From: Myxococcales bacterium
Lineage (GTDB): Bacteria > Myxococcota_A > Bradymonadia > Bradymonadales > Bradymonadaceae
Reading direction: 5' to 3'
DNA length: 28,165 bases
Assembly: GCA_007120915.1 (NCBI GenBank)
Contig: SKMT01000149.1
Location: 1-28,165, forward strand
In this document: positions 12,790 to 20,796 of the stretch, piece by piece
How positions within the stretch are numbered: the first letter of the stretch is position 1
How the letters are laid out: each line of letters opens with the position of its first letter
Notes under the pieces: model-generated
Told to the model about the DNA's origin: nothing
Databases searched by the model: none
Seen by the model: the letters and a program-made list of their open reading frames with translations, nothing else
Made by a program: the position numbers and the translations under genes

Positions 12790-15681
12790 ATGCGAGGATA
12801 TACGGGTTTGAGTCGCTGGATTGCCATCGCTTCGGTGGCGTTGTTTGCGTGGGTGCTTTCCGCCTGCGGAGATGACCCGCCGCAGATTATCGATGGCGAT
12901 GACGCCAATGAATGTGGCGGCCAGGAGACCCTGGAGTATGACGGCGAAGAAGCCGAGCCCGGTGACTCCTGTGGTGAGTGCGGAGAGCTGGCATGCCTCG
13001 GCGAAAACGAGTTGCACTGCAGCGATCCCGGAGCCAATGAGTGCGGCGGCTGCGAAGAGCTGGACGACGAGCCCGGCGACAGTTGCACCACCGCCGACGA
13101 CGAAGACGGCATCTGGGAGTGCGACGGCGACAATGACGTCGTCTGTGTCGACCCCGGCCTCAACGCCTGCGGTGGCACCGAAACGCTCGACGCCGAACCT
13201 GGTGACTCCTGTGGCGACTGCATGCTCGACAGATACGAATGCGCCGGCTCCGACGACGTTCAGTGCGAAGACGACATCGGTTGCCCGCAGGCCAGCGATG
13301 TGGAGGCGACCCAGGGAGAGCACGCCGGGGCGGTGGTCGTCACCTGGCGCGGCAGCGTCTACGCCGAAGCCTATCGCATCTACCGCGACGGCGATCAGAT
13401 CGGCGAAGTCTCCGCCGGAAATCTCTCCTACACCGATGAGGACGCCGACCCCGCCGGCGCCCCCGAAGACCTCGACCTGACAGCCTCCGACGATGAAACC
13501 GACGGCGTACACCTTGAGTGGAGCCACGGCGACGGCGCTGTCTCCGAGCACGAATATGAAGTCGAAATTGTCTTCCCCGAAGCCATCTCCGACCGCTCCG
13601 ATTCCGCCCTGGGATGGGCCGGCGCCGAAGTGGACCATTACGAAATCTCCGTCGATGACGGCGACCGGGTCTACACCCAGGATGAGGGCACCAGCTTCGT
13701 CGACACCCAAGCAGCATATGCGACTGTCGACGACGTAACGCCCACCGTCGACGAGACCGGCTGGGATTTCATCACCCTCGAAGCCTCCCCCCAGATCGTC
13801 GACGCCGCCGAACACGACTACGAAGTCAGCGCCGTCGTCGACGGTCAAACCGGCGACGCGGCCACTGACACAGGACAGCGCGCCCACGGCGACGCCGACT
13901 ATACATGGTGGCACGCTGAAGAGGACGGCGATGTCGGTGACTTCGACGAAATGACCGACTGTGCCGATACTACCGACTGCACCGAAGACTTCCCCGTCGA
14001 CTCCGACGTGGCCGAAAAATACTACCGGTTCAGCGTCGACGGCGACGGCATCGACGAGACCGTCAGCGACTCCGTCAACGCCGGCGTCGATCTCTTGGAC
14101 GTGGTTCCCGACGACATCAGCGATCTGATGATCGGCGAAGAAGCCACCATCAGCGTTCAGCTCGTCGATCCCGACGACGGCAGCTCTGTGGGCCGCCAGG
14201 ACGCAACCATCGACATCGATGTCTCCGCCGACGACGCCGTCTCCGGCGATCTTCCGGGGCCTGTGGACACCGACGCCGATGGTTACGCGGAAGACCAGAT
14301 CACCTTCGATCAGGAAGCCCAGGACGTGATCATCTCCTGGACCGCCGACGACCCCCGGGTGACCGATGATACCGTCGACCAGCAGCCCTTCGATGTGGTC
14401 GCCGAGCCGGCCGACGGCGATTCCACCTCCATGGTCGCCCTGGATACCACCGCCGAACTGCTGGCGAACGACGACGATTACACCATCGTCGAAATTGAGG
14501 TGCGCGACGGCGACGACGAACCGATCTCGGGAGCCAGCATCGACGCCGACGTCGCATCGGGAGCCACCCTGTTCGACTGCGATGAATTCACCGACTCCGA
14601 CGGAACCGCCCGCTGCAGCATCCGCGCCGACGAGCCGGGCAGCTACGACGTCAACCTGACGGCACCGACGTCGATGACCCTCGAAGATGTCGGCCCGTTC
14701 TACGCTACCGCTGACGACTACGATGACGTCGAAGGCGACATATACGACGCTGCCGTCTTCGGTGACTATCTTGTCATCGGCGGTGAAAATCTGGAAGCCG
14801 GCGGCGAAAGCTGGGACGGCTGGGTGTTCCTCGACCGCGTATCCGGAGAGATGATGGGCAACGACAAGAACATCGATCGCGTTGATGCGCTGGTGTTCGA
14901 TGACGACGACCTGTTCGTTCTCGGAGATGGCCAGGTTCACCGCAATGATGTCGATTCGGTAGGCACCAGCGACTGGGAAACCAGTGACGACGGACTCGGC
15001 GACCTGATGGTCGTCGACGGCGATTACGTCGCCGTGTTCGAGTCCGACAGCGGCGACGCGGTGTCGTTGAACCGCGATGACTTAAGCGAAGAAGATACGA
15101 CCCTGGGGCTGTTCGACAGCGCCGAAATCGACGCCGTTCGCGCCGCTGACTCCACCGTCTTCGCGCTCGGCTTTTACGAGGATGACCTGCTGTTTGATGA
15201 GGACAAGACGTTCGCCACCTACGACCTGCCCGGGCTCGACACCGACGAGTATCTGGACGTCGACGATGTCGACGGGTCCATCGACTTCTTCGACATCGGC
15301 GACTCCAACGCCCATTTCGTCGCCGGTGGGTTCGACGACATCCACAACGAAGGTGTCGAACATCTGGCCCGCCTCAACGACGACGGCACCGTCCACACCG
15401 GCTTCGACCCCGAAGAGTTGCCCGTCGTCGACGGTGGGCTGTTCTACACCGACGGAATGGTCTTTAGCGCCGGGCGGCTCGACGGTTCCGGCGGCGCCGC
15501 CTACGACGCCGACAACGGCGATCTGGTCGCCGATCACAGCCTCGACAACGACTACGCCTGGGGCGCCATCGTCGATACTCCCCGACACTTCGTGTTGTTC
15601 GGTGACATCGACGGCGAAGACCCAAGCACTAATTTCGAAATCGTGCTGCGGCCCGACGTCGACGTCGACCTCATCGACTGA
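12790..15681 (+). CDS. Large acidic surface lipoprotein: Cys-rich repeats, FN3-like and Ig-like (Big_1-like) domains, C-terminal propeller-like region
   Basis: Start set at ATG 12790 (AAGGGAG RBS); lipobox VLSA|C; three NxCGG...PGDSC repeats; VVVTW...YRIYRDG FN3-like strands; TIVEIEVRDGDDEPISG...TDSDGTA Big_1-like segment; HLARLNDDGTVHTGF. Domain calls are by motif memory. Confidence 0.8.
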   Translation: MRGYTGLSRWIAIASVALFAWVLSACGDDPPQIIDGDDANECGGQETLEYDGEEAEPGDSCGECGELACLGENELHCSDPGANECGGCEELDDEPGDSCTTADDEDGIWECDGDNDVVCVDPGLNACGGTETLDAEPGDSCGDCMLDRYECAGSDDVQCEDDIGCPQASDVEATQGEHAGAVVVTWRGSVYAEAYRIYRDGDQIGEVSAGNLSYTDEDADPAGAPEDLDLTASDDETDGVHLEWSHGDGAVSEHEYEVEIVFPEAISDRSDSALGWAGAEVDHYEISVDDGDRVYTQDEGTSFVDTQAAYATVDDVTPTVDETGWDFITLEASPQIVDAAEHDYEVSAVVDGQTGDAATDTGQRAHGDADYTWWHAEEDGDVGDFDEMTDCADTTDCTEDFPVDSDVAEKYYRFSVDGDGIDETVSDSVNAGVDLLDVVPDDISDLMIGEEATISVQLVDPDDGSSVGRQDATIDIDVSADDAVSGDLPGPVDTDADGYAEDQITFDQEAQDVIISWTADDPRVTDDTVDQQPFDVVAEPADGDSTSMVALDTTAELLANDDDYTIVEIEVRDGDDEPISGASIDADVASGATLFDCDEFTDSDGTARCSIRADEPGSYDVNLTAPTSMTLEDVGPFYATADDYDDVEGDIYDAAVFGDYLVIGGENLEAGGESWDGWVFLDRVSGEMMGNDKNIDRVDALVFDDDDLFVLGDGQVHRNDVDSVGTSDWETSDDGLGDLMVVDGDYVAVFESDSGDAVSLNRDDLSEEDTTLGLFDSAEIDAVRAADSTVFALGFYEDDLLFDEDKTFATYDLPGLDTDEYLDVDDVDGSIDFFDIGDSNAHFVAGGFDDIHNEGVEHLARLNDDGTVHTGFDPEELPVVDGGLFYTDGMVFSAGRLDGSGGAAYDADNGDLVADHSLDNDYAWGAIVDTPRHFVLFGDIDGEDPSTNFEIVLRPDVDVDLID

Positions 15682-15805
15682 GGTCGGTTGGTCGTTATTG
15701 GTTGTTGGTAGTTCGTTATTGGTTGTTGGTTCGATGCGTGCAGGTTGCCCGGACCTCCACGCAACCACCGACCACCAACCAATAACCAATAACTACTAAC
15801 CAATG
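15682..15805. terminator. Inverted heptamer arms around a hairpin between convergent genes; possible bidirectional terminator or REP-like element
   Basis: Seven in-register TRTTGGT-type units (15682-15730), hairpin TGCGTG c AGGT..ACCT c CACGCA (15735-15763), six ACCAATA-type units (15764-15805). The structure is certain; the function is inferred. Confidence 0.55.
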
Positions 15806-16800
15806 ATCAGCTCGACGATGATGCTGCCGTAATCCCCGCCGCGAAGGCGGCGGGGAACGTAGCCTCTGATCATCTCCTGGCCCGGCCCCTCCAGCCACTC
15901 GATGACCGCCGGCTTCAGCACCGGCTCGGTCTTCGATTTCAGCCCGCGCCCGGGTACCACGTCCACAAATTGGGTTTCGCTTCCGTGATAGCGGTCGATG
16001 AACGCGCGTAGTTCGTCGACCGCTTCGTCGCGCGTCATCTTGCGCACCACCAGCTTCGGGACCTGATGGGAGCGTTTGAAACGCTCGAAGCGTTGCATCA
16101 TCGCCTGCTGGGCTTTGCCAAGCGGTGGAATGTAGTGCAACCCGTCGCCTTCGGTGGGAAGAGGCGGAGTGAGAAGAGAGCGGGTGTCGTCGGGTTGCTC
16201 ATCCCTGCCGGCAGATCGGCGGCGACGCTTTTGATGGTATTTATCGCGGTCATCCAGTGGTTTCACGTCACCGACAGCTTTGTGAAACATCGCTTCGTCG
16301 CGAAGGTTCTGGACCTGACGGCGCGCCTCGTTCTCATCGAGGTCCTCCGTTTCGTCACCGGCCGTCGGCGTTGGATCCCAGGACTGCTGGCGGTTGTCTT
16401 CGACGGGCTCTCCGGTGCCGCTGGCCCCCTTGAACTTCGCCTCGTACACCTCGGCGGGGTCGATACTGTCGACGGCCTCCTCGAACAGTTGCCGGTCCGT
16501 CTTCACCTCACCGGTATCCTCTTCAGCCGGAGCAGAAGAGACCTGTCCGCCCGGCGTGCCCGGTGTATCACCGGGGTCGGTCGGTTCCGGAATCTCATCG
16601 GGGTCCATGTTCTCCATGGCCCGCCGAAACAGCTCGTCGTCGGACAACTGCTCCGATGATTCGGTGGAGGAGCCCGACGACGGTTCTGAGCTGTCACCCT
16701 GCTGTTGCGTACGCTCTTCACCGTCGGCGACCTCGATATCGAGATCGGCGAGTTGGTCGGCCAGCGGATTGTGGCCCGAGTTGTCGTCGTTGTTGCCCAT
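15796..16800 (-). CDS. Stand-alone Smr/MutS2-domain protein with long acidic N-terminal region
   Basis: C-terminal Smr fold pattern (KLVVRKMTRDEAVDEL...VVPGRGLKS...VLKPAVIEWL...GGDYGSIIVEL). Confidence 0.85.
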   Translation of the reverse strand: MGNNDDNSGHNPLADQLADLDIEVADGEERTQQQGDSSEPSSGSSTESSEQLSDDELFRRAMENMDPDEIPEPTDPGDTPGTPGGQVSSAPAEEDTGEVKTDRQLFEEAVDSIDPAEVYEAKFKGASGTGEPVEDNRQQSWDPTPTAGDETEDLDENEARRQVQNLRDEAMFHKAVGDVKPLDDRDKYHQKRRRRSAGRDEQPDDTRSLLTPPLPTEGDGLHYIPPLGKAQQAMMQRFERFKRSHQVPKLVVRKMTRDEAVDELRAFIDRYHGSETQFVDVVPGRGLKSKTEPVLKPAVIEWLEGPGQEMIRGYVPRRLRGGDYGSIIVELIIG

Positions 16801-16857
16801 CGAGTCCTCCGAAGTCTACGTGAACAACGCCCCCGCACACCGGTTCATTTCGGCGGT

Positions 16858-19434
16858 TTACTCGTCGAGATCGGTGATGCCCAGGCGCACCCGGTAGCCG
16901 TCGTCCGGGTTGTAATCGACCCAGCCGATGACCACCCGGTTGTCGACCACCGTCAGATCGGGCCACCAGGAAACGGCCTGCCCATCGGAGACGACCACCG
17001 GCTGCTCATCGCCCGGCAGATCGGCGACGACCACCGATGTCTCCTCGCGAAGCTCCAGCCAGGCGGCGGCCACGTCGTCCTCACCGACCGGCTCTACCGC
17101 CGGCAGCCAGGAGTGGGTCGGATACGACTCGCCGCTGCGGTCGAGCACCACCGTCTCGCCAAGCTCGTCCTCTTCCAGATCCCAGTGCCGGTACACCGCG
17201 TCGGTGTCGGGACGCCGGTCGGCCTGGAAGGTCCAGGAGACGATGGCCTCTTCGTCGTCGACCACCACGACCCGCGGGTCGGTGTGCAACCGCTCGAAGT
17301 CATCGCCCGCCCCGTCGATGCGACGTGTCTCCGACCAGCTTTCGCCCCCGTCCGTGCTGAACGTGGCGTACAGATCCCACTGGAAATCACGGAAATCCGT
17401 CCAGGCGACCACGATGGTCTCCCCGCTTTTGCCGACGGCGGGATGCCACTGGTTGCCCCGGGTGTTCGGCGGGTCGACTTCGGCGTCGTCGTCCACCGGC
17501 TGCGGTTCGCCAAACGACGAGCTGGTCTGAGCCCCGCCGTCGTCCGCGGTCGTCAGGACCACCCGGTCTTGGCCCGTATCCCCGCTGGTGTAGACCACGG
17601 TCAGCTCATCTGTGTCGGCGGCGATGTCGGCGAGCCAACTGTCGCCTTCGTCTTCCCCGTCGATCAGAAGCCCCGTGGTCTGCACATCCCCAATCTCTTC
17701 GGCGTCATCGATGTCATAACGAGCACCCACGACCTGGCTGAACGCCGGATCGTCGCCGACGTTCTGGCCGAAGACCACCACATCGCCGTCGTCGTTAAAC
17801 GCCAGAGTGGGCGCGATCATCTCTCCATCGTCATCACCGCCGAACACAAGAGAGTCGCCGAACATCGGCTGGTAGCTGTCGGTTTCATCGTCGAACTCAA
17901 ACAGCGACGTCTCGACCTGGCGCACATCGTCGGTCTGCCAACTTACAGCGATACGATCGTCGCCGGCGGCGATGCGCGGGCGTTGAGGAACCTGGGCGGA
18001 GCCGACGTCGTACTGCGCGACGGTGACCACCTGGTCGAAGCCGGCGTCGTGGTCCTCTTCGTAATCGTAGTCCAGCCGGTCGCTGACATCGCGCCCGACC
18101 ACGCCGTCGACGTAGGCATTTTCCTCCGGCTCACCGGAGCCGCGAAGCATCGCCTCGCCGAGTTGCCGCAACTGCTCGCGCCGCTCTTCCAGTGTCAGAT
18201 CGGGGTCGTCTTCGATGGGGTCTTCAAACGCCCAGTCACCGACCTCCAGAAACCCGGGCCGTTGGTGCTGGCCGACGAACCCGCCCAGTTGAACCCCGGG
18301 GTGGGCCTGGCCCCAGACAACGGGCTGGCCGTCGAACACAAAGTCGATAAAATTGCCGGTCAACACCGGCATCGCCCCGTACAGATAGGACGGATACTTC
18401 TGCACCGCCGCCCATCCGCTCTGGGTGATCACATCGGGCAGCCACTCCTCCTGATCGTCGAGCTGAGTGATCGTCCAGCCGCTGAACGCCTCCGGCTGCA
18501 CCTGGGTGTCTGCCCCCAGAAGCCCCAGCCGGTCGTTCAACGGCGGCATCCAGGCGTCCTTGGAGGTGAACACACCGAACTGCAACGGCCCCACTTCCAC
18601 GGGCCGAAGGGTGTCGACCGGCCCGTAGGATAGCGCCAACTCCTCTTCTTCGGTCTCCGTCAGATAGGGCTTGTGCACCCGCTCGACCAGATTGCCCTCC
18701 GGGTCGTAGATGATGGCGCTGTTGAAGACATCGGACCCGTCAGGAACGAACACCGATTCGACGTCATCCAGATCCGGGTCTGCCCAGCGCTCAATCAGTT
18801 CGGGGTCGGTCTCCTCCCGCACTTCAGCGACGTTCCCGGAGGTGAGCACCCAGGCGTCGTAGTCGTCGGCGATCGACGAGAACGTCTGGTCCATCGCCCG
18901 CCACAGCGTATCGGTCAGCCCCAGCAAAATTCGCTGGGGAAGCTCCATGCCGTCAAACCAGTCGTTCACATCGCCGATGGGGTCTTCGTAGGCAGCCATC
19001 AACAACGCAAATGCCTCCTGTGCCCCGGAGGCTTCCCGCGCCTCCTCTCCCCGGCTTCCGATCAGCCCGGCGTGAAGCCCCGCGTCTTCAGGAAACAGCA
19101 AAATATTGGGCCGTTCGTCGCTGAGACAGTCGGCGATTTCGTGGACCTGGCCCCGGAAGTAGTTTTCGTAGCTGGCGTAGGAGTTGGCATCTTCCATCCG
19201 GATCTTCGACCCGAAGGTAAACACCCGCGCTTCGCCGTCGTCATCGAAGCTGATGTCACACTCCGGAGGTTCCCCGAAGTTTTCGTCGACATCACCTACA
19301 TCATCGCCCACATCGTCGCCCACGTCCTGTTCGACCCCGGTGTCGGGATCATCTTCGACGTCGTCACAGCCAGAACAGGCGGCGAAAACCACTGCCAACG
19401 AAGCGATACAGACCAACGAAAACCGGTTCCTCAT
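16858..19434 (-). CDS. Lipoprotein with carbon-nitrogen hydrolase (nitrilase) domain and C-terminal BNR/sialidase-like repeat region
   Basis: Lipobox VFAA|C; LLFPED, FNSAIIYDPEG...HKPYL, GVFTSKDAWMP and GADTQVQPEA match nitrilase motifs; Asp-box STDGGESWS. GAGGAG favours ATG 19434 over GTG 19437. Confidence 0.85.
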   Translation of the reverse strand: MRNRFSLVCIASLAVVFAACSGCDDVEDDPDTGVEQDVGDDVGDDVGDVDENFGEPPECDISFDDDGEARVFTFGSKIRMEDANSYASYENYFRGQVHEIADCLSDERPNILLFPEDAGLHAGLIGSRGEEAREASGAQEAFALLMAAYEDPIGDVNDWFDGMELPQRILLGLTDTLWRAMDQTFSSIADDYDAWVLTSGNVAEVREETDPELIERWADPDLDDVESVFVPDGSDVFNSAIIYDPEGNLVERVHKPYLTETEEEELALSYGPVDTLRPVEVGPLQFGVFTSKDAWMPPLNDRLGLLGADTQVQPEAFSGWTITQLDDQEEWLPDVITQSGWAAVQKYPSYLYGAMPVLTGNFIDFVFDGQPVVWGQAHPGVQLGGFVGQHQRPGFLEVGDWAFEDPIEDDPDLTLEERREQLRQLGEAMLRGSGEPEENAYVDGVVGRDVSDRLDYDYEEDHDAGFDQVVTVAQYDVGSAQVPQRPRIAAGDDRIAVSWQTDDVRQVETSLFEFDDETDSYQPMFGDSLVFGGDDDGEMIAPTLAFNDDGDVVVFGQNVGDDPAFSQVVGARYDIDDAEEIGDVQTTGLLIDGEDEGDSWLADIAADTDELTVVYTSGDTGQDRVVLTTADDGGAQTSSSFGEPQPVDDDAEVDPPNTRGNQWHPAVGKSGETIVVAWTDFRDFQWDLYATFSTDGGESWSETRRIDGAGDDFERLHTDPRVVVVDDEEAIVSWTFQADRRPDTDAVYRHWDLEEDELGETVVLDRSGESYPTHSWLPAVEPVGEDDVAAAWLELREETSVVVADLPGDEQPVVVSDGQAVSWWPDLTVVDNRVVIGWVDYNPDDGYRVRLGITDLDE

Positions 19435-19479
19435 CACGAACTCCTCGGGGATGGTGGGACCACGCCGGGACTGTATCGC

Positions 19480-20640
19480 TCAACCGTCGTCGCTGGCAAT
19501 ACTGCCGTCGACCTGGACCACGTCGCCGCCATCTCCGAAACCGCGGTACTGCCAGGTGGGCTCATCCGTGGTCGTCGCCTCCTCAACGGCCTGCTCGACG
19601 AGATCGTGCTGGGGCGACAACGCGCAGACCGGGTCGGTGTTGGCGGCATCGCCGGTCAGCGCAAACGCCTGGCAGCGGCACCCGCCCCAGTCCTTTGTCT
19701 TCTCCGGGCAGCTTTTGCAGGGCTCGGGCATCCAGTCGACACCGCGGAACCGCTCAAACGCCTCGCCGTCGAACCAGATCTCGTCGAGGGGACGGTCCCG
19801 CACGTTGTCGAACGTCAACTCCGGGATGCTGTCAGCGCCGTGGCACGGAAGCACTCGCCCGTCGGGCGACACCGCCAGAAACTGCCGTCCCCACCCGCCC
19901 ATACAGGCTTTGGGCCGGATGGCGTGATAGTCGGGCACCACGTAGTCGATGGCCATCGTCCCGTCGAGCCGCTGCCGGTATTGCTCCACCAGCCTGGTCG
20001 CCTCGTCGAGCTGGTCGCGCGTCGGCAGCAGAGCGTCACGGTTTTTCAGCGCCCAGCCCTGATACTGGGCGTGCGCAACCTCCATGCGGTCTGCGCCAAC
20101 AGAGACCGCCAACTGAATCATCTCCTCCAGGTGATGTAGATTCTGCCGATGGACCACGGCGTTGATCGTCAGCCTCAACCCGGCGTCGCCGATCCAGGCC
20201 GCCGCGGCCATCTTGCGAAGGTGCGCCCCGTCGAACCCACCGATGTGGTCGGCCAGCTCAGCGTCGCTGTCCTCGATGCTCAACTGCACATGGTCCAGCC
20301 CGATCTCTGCGAAGCGATGTACCTGCGCCTCATCCAGAAGCGTCCCGGAGGTGATCAGGTTGGTGTACAGCCCGGCCTGTCGCGCCGCCTCCACCAGCTC
20401 ATTCAGATCCTGGCGAACCGTCGGCTCTCCTCCGGACAGATGGACATGAATCACGCCCAGATCGGCGGCCTGCTCAAACACCTGCGCCCACTGCTCGGTG
20501 GTCAACTCCGCATTCTTGCGCACCAGCTCCAGCGGATTGGAGCAGTACACACAGCGTTGAGGGCACCGGTGTGTCAACTCTGCGAGCAGCCCCAGGGGGC
20601 GGGGCGGCTGGGAGGCGGACGATTGTTGGTCGGTGGTCAT
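19480..20640 (-). CDS. pqqE: PqqE-type radical SAM/SPASM peptide cyclase
   Basis: LAELTHRCPQRCVYCSNP (CxxxCxxC), SGGEP, KACMGGWG, VLPCH and CKSC...GGCRCQA...DPVC are PqqE signatures. Start set at MTTDQQ (20640). Confidence 0.92.
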   Translation of the reverse strand: MTTDQQSSASQPPRPLGLLAELTHRCPQRCVYCSNPLELVRKNAELTTEQWAQVFEQAADLGVIHVHLSGGEPTVRQDLNELVEAARQAGLYTNLITSGTLLDEAQVHRFAEIGLDHVQLSIEDSDAELADHIGGFDGAHLRKMAAAAWIGDAGLRLTINAVVHRQNLHHLEEMIQLAVSVGADRMEVAHAQYQGWALKNRDALLPTRDQLDEATRLVEQYRQRLDGTMAIDYVVPDYHAIRPKACMGGWGRQFLAVSPDGRVLPCHGADSIPELTFDNVRDRPLDEIWFDGEAFERFRGVDWMPEPCKSCPEKTKDWGGCRCQAFALTGDAANTDPVCALSPQHDLVEQAVEEATTTDEPTWQYRGFGDGGDVVQVDGSIASDDG

Positions 20641-20733
20641 CGGTATGGTCGAAGCCTGGAGACGACAGCAGAAGCCAACGGCGTTCACGCTAACGGACAA
20701 CGCGACGAGATGCACGGTTTTGCTCGCCCGACG

Positions 20734-20745
20734 ATGTGCGCACAT
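20734..20745. promoter_or_regulatory. Perfect 12-bp palindrome in the divergent pqqE/oxidoreductase region
   Basis: ATGTGCGCACAT, near the middle of a 156-bp divergent gap. Confidence 0.35.
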
Positions 20746-20796
20746 TCGGGCTGTTCGACAGACCATCCTGCTTCGCTTTCTTGCCCGGGAGCTATC

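Noticed and set aside
12309-12875. 188-aa ORF spanning the intergenic repeats
   Set aside because: Its periodic peptides are just the 32-mer and octamer read through three frames; no RBS or domain.
20641-20796. Hidden pqqA precursor upstream of pqqE
   Set aside because: Tyr codons on either strand lack a Glu four codons upstream; the only sizeable frame is an in-frame extension of pqqE without an RBS.
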